DNA of 64,000 nucleotides from Minisyncoccota bacterium (GTDB lineage Bacteria > Patescibacteriota > Minisyncoccia > Phycocordibacterales > UBA9973), in contig JBAZXO010000001.1 in assembly GCA_041659785.1 (NCBI GenBank), positions 177,649-241,648 of the forward strand, in the 5' to 3' direction. This document shows positions 16,665-24,725 of the stretch, one piece after another (the first letter of the stretch is position 1; every line of letters begins with the position of its first letter). The notes under the pieces are model-generated. The model was not told the origin of the DNA, searched no databases, and saw nothing but the letters and a program-made list of their open reading frames with translations. The translations under genes and the position numbers were made by a program.

Positions 16665-19088
16665 CTATGTATTTGTTTTATCACCCAACGCTGTAAGAAT
16701 TTTTATAACTGTATCAGGATTTAATGACATACTTTCTATGCCCTCGGCTACGAGAAATTTTGCAAATTCTGGATAGTCTGATGGTGCTTGACCGCAGATG
16801 CCGATATACTTCCCTTTCTCTTTACATTTATGAATTATTTGAGCCACGAGTTTTTTTACTGCAGGATTATTTTCATTTGCTATGTGTGTGACTATTCCCG
16901 AATCACGATCGAGCCCTAAGGTAAGCTGGGTCAAATCATTTGAGCCGATAGACATACCATCGAAAACTTCTAGAAATTCATCCGCGAGAAGAATGTTTGA
17001 AGGTATTTCACACATTACATATATATGAAGGTCTTTATCCTTCTCTCTATCTAAGCCAAATTCTTTCATCACCTCTACTACCTGCTTCCCTTCTTCGGGA
17101 GTACGACAAAATGGAATCATCGGTACGACATTTGTAAGCCCCATATCCTCCCTGACAATTTTCATTGCTTTACACTCGAGGCTGAAAGCTTCTTTAAACT
17201 TCGGATCATAATAACGAGATGCTCCTCGCCATCCGATCATTGGGTTTTCTTCATGCGGTTCATACATATCTCCTCCCACAAGCGTACGGTATTCATTCGT
17301 CTTGAAATCAGAGAAACGAATAATAACTTTTTCTGGGAAGAAAGTAGCACCGATTTTTGCAATTCCTAATGCGAGGTTGTCTACATAAAATTGTGGTTTA
17401 TCTTTATAAAGGGGCGTTAAGTCATCAATTTTCTTAAGAATTTTATTTATTGCTGGAGTTTTCTTTTCTTTTTTTAATTTTTCATAATTAATTAAAGCAT
17501 TAGGATGCACGCCGATATGTTCAGCGATAATGAATTCTAATCTACCTAGGCCCACTCCTTGTGCAGGAATATTATGATTCTTAAATGCCTCATCTGGGGA
17601 ACCAATGTTCACCATGATTTTCGTTTCTATCTTAGGTATTTTATCTAAACGATGTTCTATTATCTTAAATGGGATAATTCCTTCGTACACATTGCCCACT
17701 TGGCCCCCTGAAGAGTCCACAGTGACTTCCTTGCCATTTTTTAATACCTTCGTGGCATTGTTTGATCCGACGATACAGGGTATGCCAAGCTCACGAGATA
17801 CAATAGCCGCATGAGAAGTACGTCCACCTTTATCTGTAACAATAGCTGATGCTATTTTCATAATAGGCTCCCAATCTGGGTCAGTAATCTCCGTCACCAA
17901 TACTTCCCCTTTCTTGAAAGAATTTATGCTTTTTGCATTGTGCAAAACACGAACTTTTCCTGCGCCAATCTTCGCACCGACGGCAATACCACTCACTAAA
18001 ACCTTACCTTTTTTTTCTAATTTATATTCTTTTAAGATATTTTTATCTTCTCCAGAAACAACTGTCTCGGGACGTGCTTGCACAATAAATAGCTCACCGG
18101 TTTTACCATCTTTAGCCCACTCTATATCCATCGGCTGGTAACGATTGTGTTTTTTAGAAAAATATTTTTCTATTTGGTAACACCATTTTGCAAGCTTTAC
18201 AGCTTCGTCATTTGTGATTGAGAACTTTTGCTGATCGGATACTGAAACCTTTTCTTCTTTTGTACCGTCCTTGGCATAAACAAGCTTTATATTTTTCTTA
18301 CCAATATTTTTACCAATAATTGGATTTTTACTATTGTTATCTAAGCTTGGTTTAAAAATAATAAATTCATCTGGGATAACTTTACCTTGAACGATAAACT
18401 CACCGAGACCGTATATGCCTGTGACTACGATAACTTTATCGAAACCTGTCTCTGTGTCTATAGTAAATGCCACGCCTGAAGAAGAAAGATCTGAACGCAC
18501 CATGCGCTGAATACCTACAGACAATGCAGCATCGAAATGGGAGAAACCTTTATCGGCACGATAAGAGACAGCTCTGTCGGTAAAGAGCGAAGCAATACAT
18601 TTCTTTGTCGCAACGAGAATGTTTTCAATACCATGAACATTTAAGTATGTTTCCTGCTGACCAGCAAAAGAAGCTCCAGGTAGGTCCTCAGCCGTGGCAG
18701 ATGAACGCACTGCGACATCACTGTTCTTCCTATACTTTTCACCTAATTTTTTATATGATTCCGTAATTACATCTTGAAGGTCTTGTGGAAGAGTAGCTTT
18801 CAGAATAGCTTCGCGGCATTTCTTGGCACGAACTTGCAAATTACGAATATCTTTTGTATTTAAATCAGAAAGAATCTTTTTTATTTCTTCATCTAGACCA
18901 GTTTTCTTAAAAAAATGACGATAAGCATCAGCGGTAATAGCAAAACCATCCGGTACATTTACGCCAAGTGGTACTAGGTTTGAATACATTTCTCCTAACG
19001 CAGCATTTTTACCTCCCACAACTGAAACATCATCAATACCTACCTCGGAAAACCACTTTACAAAATTCCCTGCTCTTTCTTCTGCCAT
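16665..19088 (-). CDS. ppsA: phosphoenolpyruvate synthase (pyruvate, water dikinase)
   Basis: 807 aa. It has an N-terminal ATP-grasp region, a central phospho-histidine domain (GGRTSHAAIVSRELGIP) and a C-terminal PEP-utilising TIM barrel. Confidence 0.9.
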   Translation of the reverse strand: MAEERAGNFVKWFSEVGIDDVSVVGGKNAALGEMYSNLVPLGVNVPDGFAITADAYRHFFKKTGLDEEIKKILSDLNTKDIRNLQVRAKKCREAILKATLPQDLQDVITESYKKLGEKYRKNSDVAVRSSATAEDLPGASFAGQQETYLNVHGIENILVATKKCIASLFTDRAVSYRADKGFSHFDAALSVGIQRMVRSDLSSSGVAFTIDTETGFDKVIVVTGIYGLGEFIVQGKVIPDEFIIFKPSLDNNSKNPIIGKNIGKKNIKLVYAKDGTKEEKVSVSDQQKFSITNDEAVKLAKWCYQIEKYFSKKHNRYQPMDIEWAKDGKTGELFIVQARPETVVSGEDKNILKEYKLEKKGKVLVSGIAVGAKIGAGKVRVLHNAKSINSFKKGEVLVTEITDPDWEPIMKIASAIVTDKGGRTSHAAIVSRELGIPCIVGSNNATKVLKNGKEVTVDSSGGQVGNVYEGIIPFKIIEHRLDKIPKIETKIMVNIGSPDEAFKNHNIPAQGVGLGRLEFIIAEHIGVHPNALINYEKLKKEKKTPAINKILKKIDDLTPLYKDKPQFYVDNLALGIAKIGATFFPEKVIIRFSDFKTNEYRTLVGGDMYEPHEENPMIGWRGASRYYDPKFKEAFSLECKAMKIVREDMGLTNVVPMIPFCRTPEEGKQVVEVMKEFGLDREKDKDLHIYVMCEIPSNILLADEFLEVFDGMSIGSNDLTQLTLGLDRDSGIVTHIANENNPAVKKLVAQIIHKCKEKGKYIGICGQAPSDYPEFAKFLVAEGIESMSLNPDTVIKILTALGDKTNT

Positions 19089-19100
19089 AATTAATTCTTT

Positions 19101-20342
19101 TTAACTTAATAATAAATTGCTAATTTTTATTAGCCTTTGATACTTTACCATTCTTTCAGCTTTTTGTGGAGAACCAGCCTTCAATCCAAAACAATTAAAA
19201 GCAAAAGCAAGGTCAGCGATAAAATCATCATCTGTCTCCCCGCTCCTATGGCTCACGATGAGCTCTATGTCATTTTCTCTCGCAAGCTGCATGGTCTCTA
19301 GGGTCTCAGAAAGTGTGCCGATCTGATTGGGTTTGATTATCATCGCATTTATGCTTCCCTTTCCTATCGCTTCTTTTAATAAAACTTTATTGGTGACGGT
19401 CAAATCATCACCGACTACTATTATTTTATTATTTTCCTTCAAATTTTTGAAACTTTCAAAATCTTCTTCATCAAAAGGGTCCTCAATAGAAAGTAAATTA
19501 AACTCAGCAATCAAAGAACTATAAATACTCATCAATTCTTCTTTTGAAATATCTTTTCCATCAACTTTATATGTTCCATTATTGTAGAAAGATGAGCTAG
19601 CTACGTCTAAAGCGAGTCTTACTTTGTCCTCTATATTATTTTCTTTTATCGCTTCAGTTAAATATAAAAGTGGTTTTTTTATGTCACTTACTTTAGGAGC
19701 AAAACCTCCTTCATCACCGAGCACGAGCGAATCTTCCCCTAAATCTTTACCTATAATTTCTTTTAAGCTATTTTGAATTTTATTCCCTATTTCTACTGCT
19801 TCAGCAACATCTTCCGTATCTGGCACAACGTGATATTCCTGAAAAGCTAAATCATTTTTCGCATGCTTCCCTCCATTTATTAAATTCATATACAAAAACG
19901 GGACTTTTCTTGAAGGCTTTATCTCTGCAAGGGTCTGTAAATATTCATATGTTTCTTGATTGGTAACTTTGGCTGCCACCTTCGCACAAGCGACACTAAC
20001 TCCAATCATAGAATTGCTACCCAAATTATCTTTATTGGAAGTGCCATCTAGCTCAATCATAATTCTATCTATTTCTTTCTGATTTAAAACATCTTTACCG
20101 ACTAAAGCTCCTGCAATAATTTTGTTTACTTTTTCAATTGCATTTTGCACACCTTTTCCATCGGGATCCCGCAGTTCATGTGCTTCATGAGCGCCAGTAG
20201 AAGCTCCAGACGGCACAGAAAAGCTATCAGACATATCACCTACCCCCGCCAGAGGCGGGCAAGCATACACAGTAACTTTAATAGTCGGATTCCCTCTTGA
20301 ATCTTTTATCTCTTCGGCTGTTATTTTAGTAATTTGATTCAT
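19101..20342 (-). CDS. eno: enolase
   Basis: N-terminal EIKDSRGNPTIKV, SHRSGETDD and KPNQIGTLSETL motifs. Confidence 0.95.
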   Translation of the reverse strand: MNQITKITAEEIKDSRGNPTIKVTVYACPPLAGVGDMSDSFSVPSGASTGAHEAHELRDPDGKGVQNAIEKVNKIIAGALVGKDVLNQKEIDRIMIELDGTSNKDNLGSNSMIGVSVACAKVAAKVTNQETYEYLQTLAEIKPSRKVPFLYMNLINGGKHAKNDLAFQEYHVVPDTEDVAEAVEIGNKIQNSLKEIIGKDLGEDSLVLGDEGGFAPKVSDIKKPLLYLTEAIKENNIEDKVRLALDVASSSFYNNGTYKVDGKDISKEELMSIYSSLIAEFNLLSIEDPFDEEDFESFKNLKENNKIIVVGDDLTVTNKVLLKEAIGKGSINAMIIKPNQIGTLSETLETMQLARENDIELIVSHRSGETDDDFIADLAFAFNCFGLKAGSPQKAERMVKYQRLIKISNLLLS

Positions 20343-20354
20343 TATTTTTTATTC

Positions 20355-21644
20355 TTAATTTTTTTTGGTTAAAAGAACCATTAAGTCAGAAACATTTGCT
20401 CCTGTGGGACCCGTAATAATCATATCTTTTGTCTTTTGGAAAAGAGTATAAGAATCAAAACGATCTAGGTAGTCGTCTACGTCTAAGCCTAATTTTTCTA
20501 TCTCATTTAAAGTATTTTTATCCACCACAGCACCCGCTACGTCGCTATTATCCATGCCATCAGAGGCAAAGGATATAAAGACAGAATCTTCTCTATCTTT
20601 TTTATTTATCATTTCATCTTTTACCACCTCTAACCCCATATGCAAATTCCTGCCACCACGCCCTCCCTTTTTCATAATCACAATCTTGGGTTCACCGGCG
20701 GCGAGTACTACAGTGCCTTCTTTTTTTGCAGAAAATATTTTTTTAATTGCTTTTTCATCTTCGTCATATAAATTTGTAGAAACAATATTTGTATTAAAAT
20801 TTAACTCTTGCGCTTTTTTAGCCATTGCTTCCACTGCGGTTTTATTTGAAACTAAAACAAAATTATGAACTTTCTCAAAGTATTTATCTTCTTTAGGTGT
20901 TTCAATTAATTCAAAATCTCCTAAATTATTTTCTGCAATAATCTTTTTTACGTCCTCTATCGTAGTGTTGTCTTTATATGTTGCCCCAGAAGCAACATTT
21001 TCAAAAATATCTCCAGGAACATCTGAAAAAATAAGTCCGATAACCGTCGCAGGATAGGCTAATTTCGCTAGTCCGCCACCTTTTAACAAGGATAGATGTT
21101 TTCTAACTGTATTGATCTCAGAAATCGTTTTACCAGACTTTAGAAATGCATCATAAAGCTTCGCCCCCTCCACATATTCACTTTCAGGATAACAAAGTAA
21201 AGCCGAACCCCCACCAGAGACAAGAACAATGATCAAATCAGCAGCATCTGAATCTTTAATTATTTCATATATTTTTTTTCCAGCAGGAACATTTACCTCA
21301 CTTGGCCTAGGGTGTGTACCAGCAAAGGTTTCGATATACTTAGCGTCTACTTTTGAAAGTCCAATGACTGCTCCCATTTTAATTCTAGAACCTAAAATTT
21401 CCTCCAATGCTAGAGCTGCATCACAAGAAGATTTACCAAAACCAACAACTTTTATACTTTTAAATTTATTTAAGTCGAAACTTTCCCCGTCTATAAAAAG
21501 TACGCCATCTTCGAGATTTATTTTATTTTTTATTACCTTTTGGGTATTTATAGCATCCAAACCAGCCTCTACTATTTCTAGCGCATTTTTTCTATTGGGA
21601 GTTGTGGCCAACTCTTCAAAGTTTTTAATCCAACTTCTTTGCAT
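20355..21644 (-). CDS. glycerate 2-kinase (MOFRL family)
   Basis: About 430 aa, with N-terminal DUF4147-like and C-terminal MOFRL-like regions and a Gly-rich GGGSAL segment. Confidence 0.75.
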   Translation of the reverse strand: MQRSWIKNFEELATTPNRKNALEIVEAGLDAINTQKVIKNKINLEDGVLFIDGESFDLNKFKSIKVVGFGKSSCDAALALEEILGSRIKMGAVIGLSKVDAKYIETFAGTHPRPSEVNVPAGKKIYEIIKDSDAADLIIVLVSGGGSALLCYPESEYVEGAKLYDAFLKSGKTISEINTVRKHLSLLKGGGLAKLAYPATVIGLIFSDVPGDIFENVASGATYKDNTTIEDVKKIIAENNLGDFELIETPKEDKYFEKVHNFVLVSNKTAVEAMAKKAQELNFNTNIVSTNLYDEDEKAIKKIFSAKKEGTVVLAAGEPKIVIMKKGGRGGRNLHMGLEVVKDEMINKKDREDSVFISFASDGMDNSDVAGAVVDKNTLNEIEKLGLDVDDYLDRFDSYTLFQKTKDMIITGPTGANVSDLMVLLTKKN

Positions 21645-21650
21645 ATAATT

Positions 21651-22670
21651 TTATTTAACTAAATTTATCGGACTATCATTTAAAAAACCTTGGATATTAT
21701 CAACGGTTGTTTTTTGTATCAAGGCAACCGCCTCACGAGTATAGAAGGCAATATGGGGTGTAATGATAACATTAGGCATTTTCATAAGTTCGTGGTTCAA
21801 GCCAATTATTCTTTTATCTTCATCAGTTGCAAGACCACTAGCTAAAAAGTTCACACCATCTTTTAATGGCTTCTCATCCTCTAATACATCTGCACCAAAA
21901 CCAGCGATGATACCCTCTTTCAAGCCCCATACAAGTGCTTCTGTATCGATGAGTTCTCCACGAGCTGTATTGATAAGGTAAACACCTTTTTTCATTAGAG
22001 ATATTTTTTCTTTGTTTATTAAATGAATATCTTCTTTATTGCAAGGAGCGTGCAAAGTAATAATGTCAGCTTCAGAAACAACCTCTGCCAAACTTTTATA
22101 CATAAAGTTATTTTTGAAATTATTCTCTTTAGCAAAAGCTAAGTCTGGGTGTAGATCATAAGCAATTACTTTCATATTGAAACCTTCGGCAATTTTTACA
22201 ACATTTTTTCCAATTTTCCCAGTACCAATAATTCCAAGTGTCTTACCATTCAAATCAAAACCTTCCATCTCTCCAAAATAATTAAAATCTTCTGACTCTG
22301 TTATGTAATTATTCGCTTTTATAATATTTCTCGAGAGACTCAACATCAAAGTGAAAGCAAATTCAGCGACTGTGTGAGAACCATAAGCGGGCACATTGGA
22401 AACTTTTATTCCTTTACTTGCCGCATATGCACAATCAATATGATCAAAACCTGTAGAACGAGTGGCAATAAACTTCAAATTTGGTAATGCATCGATAACC
22501 TTTTTATTTATAGTAGAAGTAACAAAGATACAGACCACATCAGCATCTTTTGCTTTTTCTGCACTATTTTCATTTAGTTTTTCCTCAAAATAAGTAACAT
22601 CTGCACCACCTAAATATCCTGCAAAAACAGACTGTTCTATTTTCAGCACATCAAAAAATACTATTTTCAT
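21651..22670 (-). CDS. D-isomer-specific 2-hydroxyacid dehydrogenase (glycerate/hydroxypyruvate or D-lactate dehydrogenase-like)
   Basis: GIIGTGKIGKNVVKIA NAD-binding motif and the catalytic R/E/H arrangement of the family. Confidence 0.8.
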   Translation of the reverse strand: MKIVFFDVLKIEQSVFAGYLGGADVTYFEEKLNENSAEKAKDADVVCIFVTSTINKKVIDALPNLKFIATRSTGFDHIDCAYAASKGIKVSNVPAYGSHTVAEFAFTLMLSLSRNIIKANNYITESEDFNYFGEMEGFDLNGKTLGIIGTGKIGKNVVKIAEGFNMKVIAYDLHPDLAFAKENNFKNNFMYKSLAEVVSEADIITLHAPCNKEDIHLINKEKISLMKKGVYLINTARGELIDTEALVWGLKEGIIAGFGADVLEDEKPLKDGVNFLASGLATDEDKRIIGLNHELMKMPNVIITPHIAFYTREAVALIQKTTVDNIQGFLNDSPINLVK

Positions 22671-22701
22671 AGATATATTATAACATATTTTAAAAGACTA
22701 T

Positions 22702-23979
22702 TTACCAAGTAGTAATAGCTGATCTTTTCCAAGTATTCGTGGCTACACAAACATAAACGTAGCCGGAATCCCAAGCTATTGAACCAGTAATACAAGCAGA
22801 TGCAGCAGTGGCTGGAGTCTGGGCTGTTTCTAAAATAAAAGAATTTGAATTTATATCAAGCTTTGCTTGTGGTGCTTTTGTACCTATTCCAATATTCCCA
22901 GTTGAAATTGTTGCTCCTGTGCCATCGAGTGCTGTGCCGTAAATTAAATTACCTATGTCTAACTGATTTGATGCAGTTGCACTTGCTACAGCTACATCGT
23001 TACCTATTGATATATTGTTTGAACCAGTGGTGATTTGATTTTGTGATGCAGATATAGTCGAATTTCCAACAACAACATTACGAGCACCCGATGTAACTCC
23101 ATAACCAGACTGATAACCAATTAGGGTATTATAATCCGATCCAGTAAGTGCCTTATAGCCTGACTGATAGCCAAGATAGACTCCACCTTGATTAGAAAAA
23201 TGTGTTACGTTACCACTTCCAGCATTATAACCAACTGCCGTGTTAGATGTAGCTACATCACTAAAATATAAAGCATTTCCCCCAATAACGGTATTTTTTG
23301 AACCCGTAGTGTTGTAGACTAATCCCTCAAATCCTACAATAGTATTATCACTACCTGTGGTATTTGTAGCTAAAACATTGTGCCCTATTGCAGTATTATC
23401 AATACCAGTTGTATTTAACAAAAAGGAATATGAACCAATCCCAATATTAAAAGAGCCTGTGGTATTGGCACTAAGAGTATAGTCACCAATTGCAATATTG
23501 CTAGTTCCTGTGGTATTTGCGTTAAGTGCAAATGAACCCAAGGCAGTATTTTCTAATCCTGTGGTATTTGAAGATAGTGCACTATCTCCCACTGCTGTAT
23601 TATAACTTCCTTGTGATCCAGTACTTCCTGTCATTGTAAAGTTACCTGCATTTATTCCAACAAAAGTATTTTGTCCATCAGTTCCAGCTAGCGCAAAATT
23701 ATGGATAAAACGATTTGCTCCTTTGAAAATAACTCCGGTAGTTGAACTTGTGGTCGTAGGAATAGTAAGACTACTACCCAAAGTAACCATCCCTGTTCCT
23801 GTGGTTATCGCTCCGTTGTTCGTAGTCTGTAATGACAAAGCATTCCCTGCACCTACATCTATCGTAGAAGCAGCATCTCCTGTAATAGCAGCTGAGCTGA
23901 AGGTTAGAGAGGCAAATGCTTTTGTTGCACCTAAGACAATTACTAATAATACAAACAAACTTAATATTTTTTTATTCAT
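22702..23979 (-). CDS. secreted repeat protein resembling phage tail fibre shafts (NTxxG / NTTGxxN tandem motifs)
   Basis: Signal peptide MNKKILSLFVLLVIVLGATKAFA. More than 15 tandem copies of an approximately 15-aa motif (xNTAxGxxALxSNTTG). The C-terminus is Cys-containing. Confidence 0.6.
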   Translation of the reverse strand: MNKKILSLFVLLVIVLGATKAFASLTFSSAAITGDAASTIDVGAGNALSLQTTNNGAITTGTGMVTLGSSLTIPTTTSSTTGVIFKGANRFIHNFALAGTDGQNTFVGINAGNFTMTGSTGSQGSYNTAVGDSALSSNTTGLENTALGSFALNANTTGTSNIAIGDYTLSANTTGSFNIGIGSYSFLLNTTGIDNTAIGHNVLATNTTGSDNTIVGFEGLVYNTTGSKNTVIGGNALYFSDVATSNTAVGYNAGSGNVTHFSNQGGVYLGYQSGYKALTGSDYNTLIGYQSGYGVTSGARNVVVGNSTISASQNQITTGSNNISIGNDVAVASATASNQLDIGNLIYGTALDGTGATISTGNIGIGTKAPQAKLDINSNSFILETAQTPATAASACITGSIAWDSGYVYVCVATNTWKRSAITTW

Positions 23980-24017
23980 AATATACTTAAAAAGTTAATT
24001 ATTAATTCAACTCTTTA

Positions 24018-24047
24018 AGTTTACCCCCCCCCCCGAAATTTTGTTAA
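24018..24047 (-). promoter_or_regulatory. candidate promoter for the tail-fibre-like gene, with the C11/G11 tract forming most of the -35/-10 spacer
   Basis: On the minus strand: TTAACA (24042-24047), 18-nt spacer AAATTTC+G11, then TAAACT (24018-24023). The ATG is 39 nt further downstream. Confidence 0.4.
24024..24034. repeat. homopolymeric tract C11 (G11 on the coding strand of the downstream gene)
   Basis: Direct read of ttaCCCCCCCCCCCgaaa. This is very unlikely by chance in DNA that is roughly one-third GC. Confidence 0.9.
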
Positions 24048-24093
24048 GTGAAAATGGGGATAACTCAAATAACAAGGTTAAACCTTGTAATTT

Positions 24094-24468
24094 TTATTTA
24101 AACCAACTTGTTAAAAATGACCAAAAGCCCGAAGACGCAGGCTTGGGCGCCATGGGTGGATTTTTATCTTCTACTACTACCGTCAGGTCTTCTCCTTCTT
24201 TTACTAGACCTAGATTTTCTCTAAAGAACTTCTCCTTACCTGCATCAGTGTTTAAATTATTTATCTCGGATGAGATATTTTTCTGTTGTTGTTTTAAGGC
24301 AGCTACTTTATCTTCTGCAATTTTTCTATTTTTACTAGTTTCCTCCATTCTGCCCCAAAGCTCCCAAACATTCCAAGCAAAAAATAACAAAACAATACCA
24401 AAAAATATTAAAAATGGTTTTGACTCTACAATATTCCTCCAGCCCCTTTTTTCTTGAAAATTTCTCAT
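24094..24468 (-). CDS. FtsB/DivIC-like septum formation initiator (bitopic coiled-coil protein)
   Basis: N-terminal transmembrane segment (FLIFFGIVLLFFAWNVW) followed by a coiled coil (IAEDKVAALKQQQKNISSEINNL). Length 124 aa. Confidence 0.5.
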   Translation of the reverse strand: MRNFQEKRGWRNIVESKPFLIFFGIVLLFFAWNVWELWGRMEETSKNRKIAEDKVAALKQQQKNISSEINNLNTDAGKEKFFRENLGLVKEGEDLTVVVEDKNPPMAPKPASSGFWSFLTSWFK

Positions 24469-24725
24469 AGTATGCTACCCGGTTAGTAGATTTTGGCAAT
24501 GTAATTTACAATTACGCGCCTTGCGCCTTGCCAAAACTCACTACCGGGTGCTATGCTCATTGTATGCTTTTCAACAAAAAACATCAAAAGAAAATACAAA
24601 TTGCTTGGGCAGTAATTAGCGTACTCATCATCGTCAGTATGCTCGTTCTTTATTCTCCAATTTTTAGGCAATAAGACTTAAGCCGACGTTTCAGTCGGCT
24701 CCCCGACCCAAAAAAGGCGTCGGGG

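Noticed and set aside
24041-24457. 138-aa plus-strand ORF
   Set aside because: Antisense to the FtsB-like gene and starts inside the poly-C promoter region. The minus-strand gene has the coherent transmembrane plus coiled-coil architecture.
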